Positions 45,671 to 55,348 of a DNA stretch of 64,000 nucleotides are shown one piece after another. The translations under genes were made by a program, and so were the position numbers. The DNA is from a virus. The stretch is taken from positions 1 through 64,000 of the IMG/VR virus record IMGVR_UViG_3300035664_000005; one strand, 5' to 3'. Within the stretch, counting starts at the first letter, position 1. Each line of letters begins with the position of its first letter. Under the pieces are notes generated by a model, which saw nothing but the letters and a program-made list of their open reading frames with translations, was not told the DNA's origin and did no database searches.

Positions 45671-47047
45671 ATGACAACAGATGCTGATGTGCTGCCCCTG
45701 AATATAGATGAAAATATTCTTCTTGGCGATGTCCGAGAAACTTTGGCTTTGTTGCCAGATAAAAGTATTCACTGTGTGGTTACATCCCCTCCATATTGGG
45801 GTTTGCGTGATTATGGAACAGCAACTTGGATTGGGGGCGACCCCGAATGTTCCCATAAGCGTGACAGTAAATTCAGTGAAAGTTGCTCCACAGGACAAAA
45901 ACTTTTAGAAGGCGCAATCGGTGACGGGATATATAAAGTTCAATGTCCTCGTTGCGGCGCAATGCGCGAAGACAGTCAACTTGGTTTAGAACCAACAGTA
46001 GATGAGTATGTTGAGCATATGGTTCAAGTTTTTCGGGAAGTTCATAGAGTTCTGCGAGATGACGGAACTCTTTGGTTGAATCTCGGTGACTCTTATGCGG
46101 GGAGTAACGGAAACGGATGGAAACAATCCATTGCGTCAACAAATGCTTCAAACGCTGGTGGGGAAAACGAGGACTTCAGAGCAAAGATCGGCAGAGACGA
46201 CGGCGATTTAAAACCGAAAGATTTGGTTGGTGTTCCTTGGCGTGTGGCTTTTGCGTTACAGGCAGATGGATGGTATTTGCGTCAAGATATTATTTGGGCT
46301 AAACCCAACCCGATGCCAGAATCTGTAAGGGATAGATGCACAAAAGCCCACGAATACATTTTTCTTTTGACAAAAAAATCTCATTATTTCTTTGATAGCG
46401 AAGCAATTAAAGAACCAGCCAAATATGCTTATGACGACAGGGGGGCTCGTGCGGACAGCCGTAAAGACGCAGGGATCTCAAACGCAATGCACGGTTCAAC
46501 TGGTGCATTTAGAAACAAGAGGTCAGTATGGACAGTGACAACGAAACCTTTCAAAGAAGCACATTTTGCGACCTTCCCACAGGATCTAATAGAGCCCTGT
46601 ATTGCTTCTGGTACGAGCGAGAAGGGATGTTGCGCTCAGTGTGGCTCCCCGTTGGTTCGTCAAGTTTTACGCAAGCGAATCGCACGCAACGAACTCCCCC
46701 AAGAAGATCCCCGTTACCGCCCGAACGACTACAACGGCGCGTATGGGGAAATCAACGGGAAAGGGGACGCTGGCTATACCCAAACAAGCACAACAGGTTG
46801 GGAAAAAGCGTGTAAGTGTTTAACAGAAGATGTCGTCCCCTGCACGGTTTTGGACGTGTTTTTTGGTGCTGGCACGACAGGCGTTGTGGCACAGAAATTG
46901 GGCAGAAATTATAAGGGTTGCGAGTTAAACCCTGAATATGCCGAGATAGCAACAATTCGTCTCATTAACGATAAAGAAAAAAACAGGCTTTTAAAAGAAG
47001 CCGAAGATAGCCAACCTTCTTTATTTGAGGTTGCTTCCGACGAGTAA
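45671..47047 (+). CDS. N4-C/N6-A DNA methyltransferase (beta class) with Cys-rich insertions
   Basis: TSPPYWGLRDYG, NLGDSY, W.KPNPMPESV.DR, HFATFP, VLD.FFGAGTTG. Confidence 0.93.
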   Translation: MTTDADVLPLNIDENILLGDVRETLALLPDKSIHCVVTSPPYWGLRDYGTATWIGGDPECSHKRDSKFSESCSTGQKLLEGAIGDGIYKVQCPRCGAMREDSQLGLEPTVDEYVEHMVQVFREVHRVLRDDGTLWLNLGDSYAGSNGNGWKQSIASTNASNAGGENEDFRAKIGRDDGDLKPKDLVGVPWRVAFALQADGWYLRQDIIWAKPNPMPESVRDRCTKAHEYIFLLTKKSHYFFDSEAIKEPAKYAYDDRGARADSRKDAGISNAMHGSTGAFRNKRSVWTVTTKPFKEAHFATFPQDLIEPCIASGTSEKGCCAQCGSPLVRQVLRKRIARNELPQEDPRYRPNDYNGAYGEINGKGDAGYTQTSTTGWEKACKCLTEDVVPCTVLDVFFGAGTTGVVAQKLGRNYKGCELNPEYAEIATIRLINDKEKNRLLKEAEDSQPSLFEVASDE

Positions 47048-47101
47048 TAAATGTTGTATGATTTATCTACATAGAATTCTCTTTGACTTGGAGGTCAAAT
47101 A

Positions 47102-47533
47102 ATGTCAGCATCAGCACCCCTTCTTCTCCCAATGACAGTCACAGGCGCATGTGCAACAACTTCAACAGTTGTCGCTCGCACTCCTGTTGCAGGTCGTGTC
47201 CGTGGCATCACAGTTGCAGTTGGTACTGCTCCTGCGGGTTCGGTTTTGAGTGGAACAGTTCGTAAGGCAACTTCCTCTGGAACTGTTATTGGAACTTGGT
47301 CAATCGCCGCTGGAGCAACTTCTGCTGTAGCGACAATGTCATCCACAGATGGTGCTGACGAACTCGCAGCAGACGATCTCGTTCTTTTGGTTGTTGGTGC
47401 AGTTGGTTCGGGTACCGCTGGTTCTAACTTGACCGCTCTTCTTCAGATTGATCAGTCAGCAGACCAAGACGGTTCAGATGTTGTTGCAGTAGCAACACTT
47501 CGTGGCAACCACCCAGGTAGCGTTGTAGCCTGA
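47102..47533 (+). CDS. Ala/Thr/Val/Gly-rich beta protein, possible capsid decoration/structural protein
   Basis: GGAGG RBS, highly biased codons, strong hairpin downstream. Confidence 0.5.
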   Translation: MSASAPLLLPMTVTGACATTSTVVARTPVAGRVRGITVAVGTAPAGSVLSGTVRKATSSGTVIGTWSIAAGATSAVATMSSTDGADELAADDLVLLVVGAVGSGTAGSNLTALLQIDQSADQDGSDVVAVATLRGNHPGSVVA

Positions 47534-47573
47534 TAATTAAGTAAGTAAAAGAGAATTAAACCCGACAAACTTT

Positions 47574-47611
47574 TAGTCCCCCACTTCCGTGCAGGTCGGT
47601 GGGGGACTAAT
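47574..47611. terminator. bidirectional hairpin terminator between convergent genes
   Basis: TTAGTCCCCCAC...GTGGGGGACTAA. Confidence 0.7.
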
Positions 47612-47616
47612 TGTAT

Positions 47617-47982
47617 TTATGGGCGTAAAAATGTTATAGCGACTCTCTCGCTTGCCCTCACAAGCAAAAACAATGCTTCTGTTTGTGTGTGTGTCAAACA
47701 CCATTCCGATATCTCTGTATCAGTAACAAGTTCCAAATATTCACAAAAGAATCTTGCCCTACCACACATAAACGGTGGCACCCCGCATTCTTCTGCTTCC
47801 ATGAAGCCTTCTGCTAAAAGTTTTTCTTTAGCGCCACACGCTAAAAGTATTGCGCCCCATATGTCTATTTCTTTTGTGTATGGGTCGTAGGTTGCGTGGT
47901 TGGAGAACCCGTGTTCTTTTATGTAGTCAACAGCCTTGTCGTAGATGCTGTCAGCGCCAAGTTGTTTTAAGGTTGGGAACAT
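47617..47982 (-). CDS. hypothetical protein
   Basis: TAATG coupling; A.DYI..HG......IDIWGAI pattern. Confidence 0.6.
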   Translation of the reverse strand: MFPTLKQLGADSIYDKAVDYIKEHGFSNHATYDPYTKEIDIWGAILLACGAKEKLLAEGFMEAEECGVPPFMCGRARFFCEYLELVTDTEISEWCLTHTQTEALFLLVRASERVAITFLRP

Positions 47983-48278
47983 TATTCTTTTGAGATTCCC
48001 TTTTTACTACAAAGATCGGCATATGCATGGTTTGGGGTTTCCCCTATTCCTACAGTCTGCTTGTATTCGTCGGTGAACAGATCAACGGCTTCGCAGTCAT
48101 CACCTTCAAAATAGTTGAGCATCGCTTCCGTGAACTCATCGCACTCTGCGAATGCAAGCCACTTCCCACCCTCATATATCCCCCCATACCTCGCTTCCCT
48201 TATGACGACGGGGTAAAGGTTGATCCGTTTGTGAGTCATTTCATTTGATCGGACATGCACCTGTTGCACAGTCATCAA
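47982..48278 (-). CDS. hypothetical protein (RYGG.YEGG.W.AF family)
   Basis: YPV.I...RYGGIYEGGKWLAF...GDD....G.GETP..A; true start probably ATG 48239. Confidence 0.65.
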   Translation of the reverse strand: MMTVQQVHVRSNEMTHKRINLYPVVIREARYGGIYEGGKWLAFAECDEFTEAMLNYFEGDDCEAVDLFTDEYKQTVGIGETPNHAYADLCSKKGISKE

Positions 48279-50169
48279 GCGATAATTCTGAACCTGTTGC
48301 CTGACTTAACGGCAAAGATGGATCAATTTTTTTCACAAGTGCATCATAATCGGCTTGGCTGATCTGTTCATATGGAGGAAGCGGGAAGTTGTGGTCTGCG
48401 TGTAGGAGAAATGATACCGATTTGACACCAGTGTCATAATTTTTTGACAACCATTCTTTGATTGATTCAAGTTCTTCTTTTCTATAATAAACAGTTACAG
48501 ACACGGCGTTGTCCGCCCACTCTGTCTGCATTTTTTTGACCCATTCAAGTTGTTCTACTGCCGTCATGTTCTCGGCGAGAACCGCATTATCTGGTGACTT
48601 GCATGGGAACTCAACGACATAGCGTGAGTGGTCTTCTCTGCCGTCAATACCGATATCCCAAACAACCTTGTGTCCTCTCGCACGCAAGCCTGTCACAAGG
48701 GCGTCAGACGCACCAAAACGCACCCTACGGATGTAGAACGGCGCGAATGCGGGATGAATGCCCGGAGTGATACCGGGGAGTAAGGAGAGCGTCCCTGACG
48801 GTTGGACAGTGGTAAGTCTGACGGAACGAGGGAAGCCTTTTTCCTTTGAGTAATACATGTCAAATTCGTCTAGGTGTCTGTAAGCCTCATCTAGCCAAGA
48901 AACTTGCTCTGCTGAAGCCTGTAAAACGCCAGAGATGCTTTGTCCTAGTCGTGCGTTTTTCGCAACGATTGCGTTTGTTTTTGCATAAGGGTAGGCAAGA
49001 CGGGTGATCTGTTTTTGAACCATGTAAAGAAGTTCGGATATTTCTTTTAATTGTTTGATGTCGCAGATATTGGGTAGGAATATGGTTGAAAGATTGCATG
49101 ACTCTCCATCGCCTAAACCAATTTCGGCACATGGGTTGAAACCTTCAATGGTTTTATCTGCTCGTTCTTCTTTAAGTCTTCCGAACTTGCGGGCGAGACG
49201 GCGATTTACAAGACCGTAAGGTTCGCCACCACCCGTATAGCCCTTCCATAGTTCGGGCATGATGTGGTCGTAGTAGTCGGCATAGATGCTGTTGTTTGAG
49301 TTGGCTCGGTAACCGGGGATGTCTCCCGAAGCCCAATTTTTTGCTCGCAAAAACAGAACATCGTCGGGGTCGCCGATAGCGATCTGTGCGGAGCGTCGTG
49401 ATGAGCCTGAGACAACCACACGACCGATTATGTTGCAAATGTCTAGGACATCAATTGAGCGAAGTTTCTTTCCCTCTCTTGCTTCCATCACTCGGCAGAT
49501 GTCTGCAATCCCGTCCACCAATGCGCCGGGTCCGCTTGCTGTGCCTCCAAATGTCTTGAGGGGTGCACCAAATTCTCGGATAAGAATCGTTGAGTATGAG
49601 AATGATTTACCTGTATCAAAATATGACTTCAATACGCTGTGTAATAGTCTTCGCCAACCTTGACGAGAATCAGGGACAATAATGTCTGCGTCGTTTGAAC
49701 GCTCGTGAGTGATTTTTACATTAGGGAGAACCTTTGGAAGATCGTGAATTTTTGCTCGTTCCACCGAGAATCCGACACCACCGCCGAGCATGAGGTGGTC
49801 AAAAAGAAATTCAAAATCTTCTACCTTTTCTATGTTTACGAAATAGCAGTTATTGAGCGAGGCGGCGTTGAATTGTTTGATGAGTGGAGTTCCGAGTTGC
49901 CAAAGAGCACGACCCGAGAATGATCCACGCAGGTTGAAGACATGATCAAAAAGTTTTTCTGCTTGAGTTTTGGTGAGCGGAGTTCCAATGTCTATGGCTC
50001 CGTTAACACAGCGTTGAACGGTTTCTAGCCAAGTTTCGTTGCGATTAAGGTCTTCAATGCGTCGCGAATATGTGCGAAGGTATACAACTTCGCCTAGCCC
50101 ATTAAATCCCCAAGGAGGTGTCTGAGTCTTGTATTGGTCAACAAATTCTTGGGATAGGTGAGCGGTCAT
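48241..50169 (-). CDS. nrdJ: class II (B12-dependent) ribonucleoside-triphosphate reductase
   Basis: YLRTYSR, LNNC, GGGVGF, RRSAQIA, NPCAEI...CNL, TTVQPSGT, C-terminal CATGACPIK. Confidence 0.93.
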   Translation of the reverse strand: MTAHLSQEFVDQYKTQTPPWGFNGLGEVVYLRTYSRRIEDLNRNETWLETVQRCVNGAIDIGTPLTKTQAEKLFDHVFNLRGSFSGRALWQLGTPLIKQFNAASLNNCYFVNIEKVEDFEFLFDHLMLGGGVGFSVERAKIHDLPKVLPNVKITHERSNDADIIVPDSRQGWRRLLHSVLKSYFDTGKSFSYSTILIREFGAPLKTFGGTASGPGALVDGIADICRVMEAREGKKLRSIDVLDICNIIGRVVVSGSSRRSAQIAIGDPDDVLFLRAKNWASGDIPGYRANSNNSIYADYYDHIMPELWKGYTGGGEPYGLVNRRLARKFGRLKEERADKTIEGFNPCAEIGLGDGESCNLSTIFLPNICDIKQLKEISELLYMVQKQITRLAYPYAKTNAIVAKNARLGQSISGVLQASAEQVSWLDEAYRHLDEFDMYYSKEKGFPRSVRLTTVQPSGTLSLLPGITPGIHPAFAPFYIRRVRFGASDALVTGLRARGHKVVWDIGIDGREDHSRYVVEFPCKSPDNAVLAENMTAVEQLEWVKKMQTEWADNAVSVTVYYRKEELESIKEWLSKNYDTGVKSVSFLLHADHNFPLPPYEQISQADYDALVKKIDPSLPLSQATGSELSLDDCATGACPIK

Positions 50170-50243
50170 TACGTCCTCTTTCGGCGCATAGGGCAATATG
50201 GGTAAAGAACCATATTACAGCACCCCGCATTTTCAGTAAAATC

Positions 50244-50543
50244 CTAATTACGGGTAAGGTTATATTTTCTTGCTTCGGTCAGCGAGATTATTTGACCTTT
50301 AGCGAATTTCCGTACTTTTGCGATAACACCAGCAGATACTTCCTCGGGGACAAAGAAATCTTCTTCTACTCTGAATGTTTGCCTGTCATCTAATGATTGA
50401 AAAATACCTAAGCCAAGAAGTTTTTCGGGGGGTTTATGCCCTTTGGGCACACAATTCCCTGTTGGGTCACCACAGACAATGCACGGCTCTCCTGTGGCAC
50501 GAAGAATCTCTATATCACCATAGATGTATTCAGGCATAAACAA
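50244..50543 (-). CDS. hypothetical protein (PCIVCGDPTGNC)
   Basis: ORF track. Confidence 0.6.
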   Translation of the reverse strand: MFMPEYIYGDIEILRATGEPCIVCGDPTGNCVPKGHKPPEKLLGLGIFQSLDDRQTFRVEEDFFVPEEVSAGVIAKVRKFAKGQIISLTEARKYNLTRN

Positions 50544-50637
50544 TGATACATCGTGCCCCCAAAAGGAAAAGGAGCACCTTGCGGTGCTCCTTAGTCATTC
50601 CTTCTATGCGGGGGGCATAGACTTTTTGCCCCAAGTG

Positions 50638-50883
50638 TTATCCCTTGGTTGCGAACTTGTTTTCTGCTTTCATTGCCTTCATTTCCTCTGCGAACAGTTC
50701 CTCAAATTCGTCGGTGTATCGTGTTTGAAGAACAAACGATGCTCGTCGTTTTGCCTCGTTGCGACGCTTTGCTTCAATCTTCCGAAGTTCTGCGCGTCGT
50801 ACACGCTCTTCTGCGGGGAGTGGTTTGCGACCGCGGCTCACGCCGAGTTTCTTTTTAAGTTGCTGATATGTCGTTGTAGCCAT
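50638..50883 (-). CDS. small basic protein with AT-hook-like RGRKP
   Basis: AAGGAG RBS; hairpin terminator ~50569-50592. Confidence 0.7.
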   Translation of the reverse strand: MATTTYQQLKKKLGVSRGRKPLPAEERVRRAELRKIEAKRRNEAKRRASFVLQTRYTDEFEELFAEEMKAMKAENKFATKG

Positions 50884-51100
50884 TATGGGCTCCTTGTCTT
50901 TCTATTTAGTTGTTTATGTATTTCTTACAAAAGAGATACTAACTAATGGCTTGATGAAAAACAACCCGATATTTAGGAAATATCTAAAAATGTTTTTCCC
51001 TTTATCCACAGGGGTTTGAGCGGAGTTGCTAAACCCCATCTATGGGGGCTACACTTACGGTATAAGTAATATACCTACAAATACTAAAGAAAGAGAAACA

Positions 51101-51589
51101 ATGAAGACATCTTTAATAACCCCGCCAACGGTAAGGAACCTAGAAGAAGCAAGAGAACAATGTCTTGAATACGACGCGGTTTTGACTGCGGGTCCGTATC
51201 GCGATGAGGTTAGAAACTTCAATCACCCTATTCACAAAGTCGTTGAATTTAGCGACACAATGTTTGAGGAGCACGGCGGACCGACATATGAGGACATCGT
51301 TGAACTCGTAGAGTTTGGTGTAGGCGTCCCAAAATTGTTGGTGCATTGTCACGCGGGTATTTCCCGTTCAACAGCAACAGCATGGGGAGTGGCGATAGCA
51401 AACGGTAACGATCCGTTAGAAGCATTTCTATACCTTCAAGATAAACACCCTGAAGAGAAAGGGTTTTTTAATCAAGGAAAACGACCATTCGCACCGAATA
51501 TCTTGATCGTCAAACATTTGGATAAGTACTTTAATCTTGGTACGACACTCTTGGAAATTCGTCATAAGCATTCCGAATCAGGTTGGTAA
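51101..51589 (+). CDS. protein tyrosine/dual-specificity phosphatase-like protein
   Basis: P-loop LVHCHAGISRSTA; F.D upstream; PN downstream. Confidence 0.85.
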   Translation: MKTSLITPPTVRNLEEAREQCLEYDAVLTAGPYRDEVRNFNHPIHKVVEFSDTMFEEHGGPTYEDIVELVEFGVGVPKLLVHCHAGISRSTATAWGVAIANGNDPLEAFLYLQDKHPEEKGFFNQGKRPFAPNILIVKHLDKYFNLGTTLLEIRHKHSESGW

Positions 51590-51593
51590 AGTA

Positions 51594-52565
51594 ATGAAAG
51601 TTTTTTGGAACGAAAACTACACATCCATCAAATATGATTTTGATACATCAAGAAAATCTGACGATATTGTCAATTTGATTAGCAAAAAAGTTTTGGAAAC
51701 CCCTGCAAAAGTTCGTGTATTGCAGGATGTCCCAACAATAGAGATAGTTGACCCCGAAAAGGCAACCGACATCTCAAAGACTGAACAACTAATTAAAAGA
51801 TGGTTGAGTCCTCAATATGTTGAGGCATTGAAAACAAACAACGACTCACGGCTATCGCAGAGTCAAGGTTTTGAATGGTGTTCAAACACTTACAAGTTTG
51901 CGCGAGCACATACACATGGACTGATCGCATCAGTTGATGAAGTCTTGGCAAACGGGGGGAGAAGCGGAAGCCTTTCTTCAGGTTTGCATCACGCATCAAA
52001 AACTGGTGGTGCAGGGTTTTGTACGATCAACGGCATAGCACTGTCAGCAATTTACGCATATGAACAAGGTCTTGAACCAATAGTTTTAGATTTTGACGCA
52101 CATTGCGGTGGTGGCACTATGGACTTCTTGAAAACCTTCAACGGGGTTTTACAAACCCAAAACAAGATTTTTGGAAAATCAACACCTCCGATCCGTCACA
52201 TTGATTTATCAACTAACTACTTTGACGAATACGACATTGAAGTTGATGAAACTTGGGCAAACTTACATGTTCTTGATTGGGAAGAAGATTATTTAGAAGA
52301 AATACAAAAATCCCTCTCATTAGCGGAGCCGTTTATGACTGATAAAACTATATTTATCTACAATGCAGGGATTGACCCGATTGGTTCACATGAGATAGAC
52401 GAAGAAGTTATAGCGCAACGGGAGAAGATTGTTTCGGAGTTCATCGGCGGTCACAAGGCTATCTTTGCGTTAGCGGGTGGATATTCGGATATATCAACAA
52501 CAAGAGAAGATGTAGCAAAAATGCACCTCAAAACGATTTACGGTTGGTCATGGCAGACGAAATAA
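51594..52565 (+). CDS. histone deacetylase (arginase/deacetylase fold) family protein
   Basis: SSGLHHA....G.GFC..NG, LDFDAHCGGGT, YNAG.DP, LAGGY. Confidence 0.88.
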   Translation: MKVFWNENYTSIKYDFDTSRKSDDIVNLISKKVLETPAKVRVLQDVPTIEIVDPEKATDISKTEQLIKRWLSPQYVEALKTNNDSRLSQSQGFEWCSNTYKFARAHTHGLIASVDEVLANGGRSGSLSSGLHHASKTGGAGFCTINGIALSAIYAYEQGLEPIVLDFDAHCGGGTMDFLKTFNGVLQTQNKIFGKSTPPIRHIDLSTNYFDEYDIEVDETWANLHVLDWEEDYLEEIQKSLSLAEPFMTDKTIFIYNAGIDPIGSHEIDEEVIAQREKIVSEFIGGHKAIFALAGGYSDISTTREDVAKMHLKTIYGWSWQTK

Positions 52566-52816
52566 TTCACGGGCTATACGCCACATACACAAACACCAAA
52601 TGCAGGTGCTCGTTGTGCAAAAAAGCCGCGGCGGAATATATGCGTGGCTACAGGAAAACTTCCACAGGTAAAAATAACGCGAAGTTTCATCAGATCGTTG
52701 CCAATAAACGCTCACAAATTGCTATCAAATGGATTAAGGAAAACCATCCTCAGCAATGGGATAAGATATGTTCGCGAGCCATAAGAATTGTTGAAAAACA
52801 AGAAAGAGGAGAATGA
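52550..52816 (+). CDS. hypothetical protein (HG...Y....CRC..C Zn motif)
   Basis: HGLYATYTNTKCRCSLCKKA. Confidence 0.65.
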   Translation: MADEIIHGLYATYTNTKCRCSLCKKAAAEYMRGYRKTSTGKNNAKFHQIVANKRSQIAIKWIKENHPQQWDKICSRAIRIVEKQERGE

Positions 52817-52817
52817 A

Positions 52818-53051
52818 ATGCCTTACGGCGCTGACAATATAGAAAATCGTTTTGATGACTTTGTGGAAGAAACAAACAAAAAGATAGAAGAACTTGAAGC
52901 AAAAGTTCGCTTCCTTGAGAGTGAACTCGGTAAAAACAAAATAGACAGTAAATCAATTATCAACATCACTAATCAGGAAATCAAAAGTTCTCTTGGTTCT
53001 ACGATCAAAACAATTGGCGACATTGTCAAGAAAAATAATTTAAAAAAATGA
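52818..53051 (+). CDS. hypothetical coiled-coil protein
   Basis: AGGAGA RBS. Confidence 0.55.
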   Translation: MPYGADNIENRFDDFVEETNKKIEELEAKVRFLESELGKNKIDSKSIINITNQEIKSSLGSTIKTIGDIVKKNNLKK

Positions 53052-53635
53052 ACAAATATGTGGGTGACAGCAATCAGGAAGCATTCGTACTGGATGTTCT
53101 TGACTACAAAAGAGATGGTTTCTATGTTGAACTTGGCGCTTTTCATTCCTCTGAAGGAAGCAACACTTACGCTCTAGAAAAGTCGTTCGGTTGGCAGGGT
53201 GTTTCTTTTGAACTAGTTGATGAACGCCGTGAAGAGTTCATTCAAAATAGGTCAAACCCGTGCATGGGTGATGCCCTCAATTTTGATTACATAAGTTATT
53301 TTCATAACAATCACTTTCCGAAACAGATTGACTACCTACAAGTTGATATTGACTCAGGGTACGACAGGGCTACTAGACCTATCGGGAATCATTACACAAC
53401 ACTTTTGGGTTTAATCACCGTCCCCTTAACGCAGTACAGATTTTCTGTAATAACTTTTGAGCACGACGCCAATATGTATTTCCGTAACAGCGGGCAGAGG
53501 GATGCTCAACGAGAGATACTTGACTGTCTTGGCTACACCTTGGTAACTAGAACGATTCATGAAGATTGGTGGGTTGATCCGATAGTCGTAAGCCCTGATA
53601 TGTATAAGAAACATATGAGGTGGGAGACGCTTTAA
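53048..53635 (+). CDS. FkbM-like SAM-dependent methyltransferase
   Basis: Q..FV......GFYVELGA.....SNTY.LE...GWQG...E; IDYLQVDID; F.VITFEHD. Confidence 0.75.
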   Translation: MNKYVGDSNQEAFVLDVLDYKRDGFYVELGAFHSSEGSNTYALEKSFGWQGVSFELVDERREEFIQNRSNPCMGDALNFDYISYFHNNHFPKQIDYLQVDIDSGYDRATRPIGNHYTTLLGLITVPLTQYRFSVITFEHDANMYFRNSGQRDAQREILDCLGYTLVTRTIHEDWWVDPIVVSPDMYKKHMRWETL

Positions 53636-53636
53636 T

Positions 53637-54194
53637 ATGTCCAACCCGTACCTGCCGTTCATTTACTTAACAAATTTTCTTTCCGCAAATACTTTTCAAG
53701 AAATTCTTATTCAGGCTAAATCCTCTGAGGGAATGTCATCCGAGCAAACCCCACATTTAATGAATCTTGCGAATGTCAACACTTTGGATGTTCAATCACA
53801 GATCCGCAATATATACCCTCGTTACCATCAAAACGCAGGGCTCAAAATAAAGGGCGGAAATGTCCTTGTTTTTTCCGACAACCGAGGCATGGATGTCCAT
53901 CAAGACAATGTGCCCAACAAAGACTATCCCAACGATCCAGATGTTGGCTTCAAACCTAATGCGTCTGCTATCTACTATCTGAATGATGATTACGAAGGAG
54001 GGGAGATCTGTTTCACGACAGAGCGTCCTAGTGAACCGCAATCATCAACAGATAATCCAAATCTCAAAAATTTGTTCACTCTGAAACCGCAACCAAATTC
54101 GTGCGTGTTTTTTGATGCTTCGCTGTGGCATTGGGTTAGACCTGTAACCAACGGCAAACGGTTCTCTTCAACATTCTTTTTACTAGTTGAATAA
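53637..54194 (+). CDS. 2OG-Fe(II) oxygenase (prolyl-4-hydroxylase-like)
   Basis: HQD, YYLNDDYEGGE..F, KP......FF....H.V.PVT.GKRFS. Confidence 0.85.
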   Translation: MSNPYLPFIYLTNFLSANTFQEILIQAKSSEGMSSEQTPHLMNLANVNTLDVQSQIRNIYPRYHQNAGLKIKGGNVLVFSDNRGMDVHQDNVPNKDYPNDPDVGFKPNASAIYYLNDDYEGGEICFTTERPSEPQSSTDNPNLKNLFTLKPQPNSCVFFDASLWHWVRPVTNGKRFSSTFFLLVE

Positions 54195-54523
54195 AGCGCT
54201 AATGTAGTTAGATGCTTGAAAAAACATCTTTAGCCGAAACCGAATTTAACGCTCTTTACAATAACAATACTCGTGCTTTACAAGACGAGATAGCGTTGCT
54301 CAAATTGAAAATTAGCGAACTCCGAGGTCAAATAGATTGGCTAGAACGAGAAAACGCTAAACATCTATAACTATTGTTTTCTGTTCCTAACTTCCTCATT
54401 AGGGCTCAAATCTTTTAACATCTCAGCAACACGCTTGTATTGTTCTTCAGGGCTCAACTTAAAAAATTGTTTGTCAACTTTTTTTGTTCTTTGAATAATC
54501 TTATCTGTTGGCTTAGCCATTGA

Positions 54524-55345
54524 TCATTTCCTTTCCGATTCGTCAAGTATTACTATACGAAAATTTTCAAGAGATGCCAATTTTTCGCTTATTGTTCGTT
54601 TTCTCGGGATTGAAGGGATAAGCAGATCAACAGTCCGTGGGATGGATTTATAAATGTCCATGATGTCATCAAAAAGTTCAAGGGGAAGCGTTTCTGAACC
54701 ATTCCCATCCGCTTTAATCATTGCCTTACTCCAGTCACCTGTTTTGGCGGCAATCTTTACTTCTTCAAGATGGGCTACATAAAGTTGGTTTTGTAATGTC
54801 CCTAGTTTTGACGCTCGTGCAAGGTTTTCTGGTGTGCTGTCGTAAATGTCGGAAGCATCCAAATAGAACATTCCTTCGTCTACCCAACCCCCAATTCCAA
54901 CTTCTCGCGCGCCTTCTAAAGGGTTATCAAAAATTTCTTCACCGTGATAAGTCAGCCAAGACATCACAAGCCTTATCGCTTCATCGGTTGGTTGACCATC
55001 ATCGTCGTACATTTCCGAGGCTGGTTTTTTAATTCCATGCTTGTTTCGTCCGATTGCAATGCCTTTAACGATGTCATCTTTTTGTGTTTTCTCTACAGTA
55101 AAGCCGCCCTCGTTCGCCTTGAGCAGCATTTGTTTGATGCGTTCTTTTCGTTCAGGATTTTCCTTAACAAAGTTTCTAACTTTTTTTCTTGCTAGGTTCC
55201 TAGCGATTTCAATAGCCGCGCCAATTGGGACATTGTCTTCGTCGCCGAGGGTGAACATACCATCGCCATCGCCATCTTTGGGTACTTTGTCTGAGGAGAA
55301 ACCACCAATTGGTGTACCAAGTATCTTGTATAAAAGTTTGCTCAT
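54524..55345 (-). CDS. head-module protein: N-terminal LGTPIG-DGDGDG peptide + uncharacterised domain (GGFT...G.W.D...YLD.S...A..LG...NQ)
   Basis: Last large gene of the capsid-linked minus-strand operon; shared peptide with 58410..60926. Confidence 0.7.
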   Translation of the reverse strand: MSKLLYKILGTPIGGFSSDKVPKDGDGDGMFTLGDEDNVPIGAAIEIARNLARKKVRNFVKENPERKERIKQMLLKANEGGFTVEKTQKDDIVKGIAIGRNKHGIKKPASEMYDDDGQPTDEAIRLVMSWLTYHGEEIFDNPLEGAREVGIGGWVDEGMFYLDASDIYDSTPENLARASKLGTLQNQLYVAHLEEVKIAAKTGDWSKAMIKADGNGSETLPLELFDDIMDIYKSIPRTVDLLIPSIPRKRTISEKLASLENFRIVILDESERK

Positions 55346-55348
55346 GGG

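Noticed and set aside
47771-47780. AACGGTGGC as an inverted motif A copy
   Set aside because: Only 9 bp match, inside a CDS; flanks do not fit.
48241-50169. Intein or intron in the RNR, helicase or primase
   Set aside because: Lengths are normal and no intein C/S...HN splice motifs or LAGLIDADG blocks were seen.
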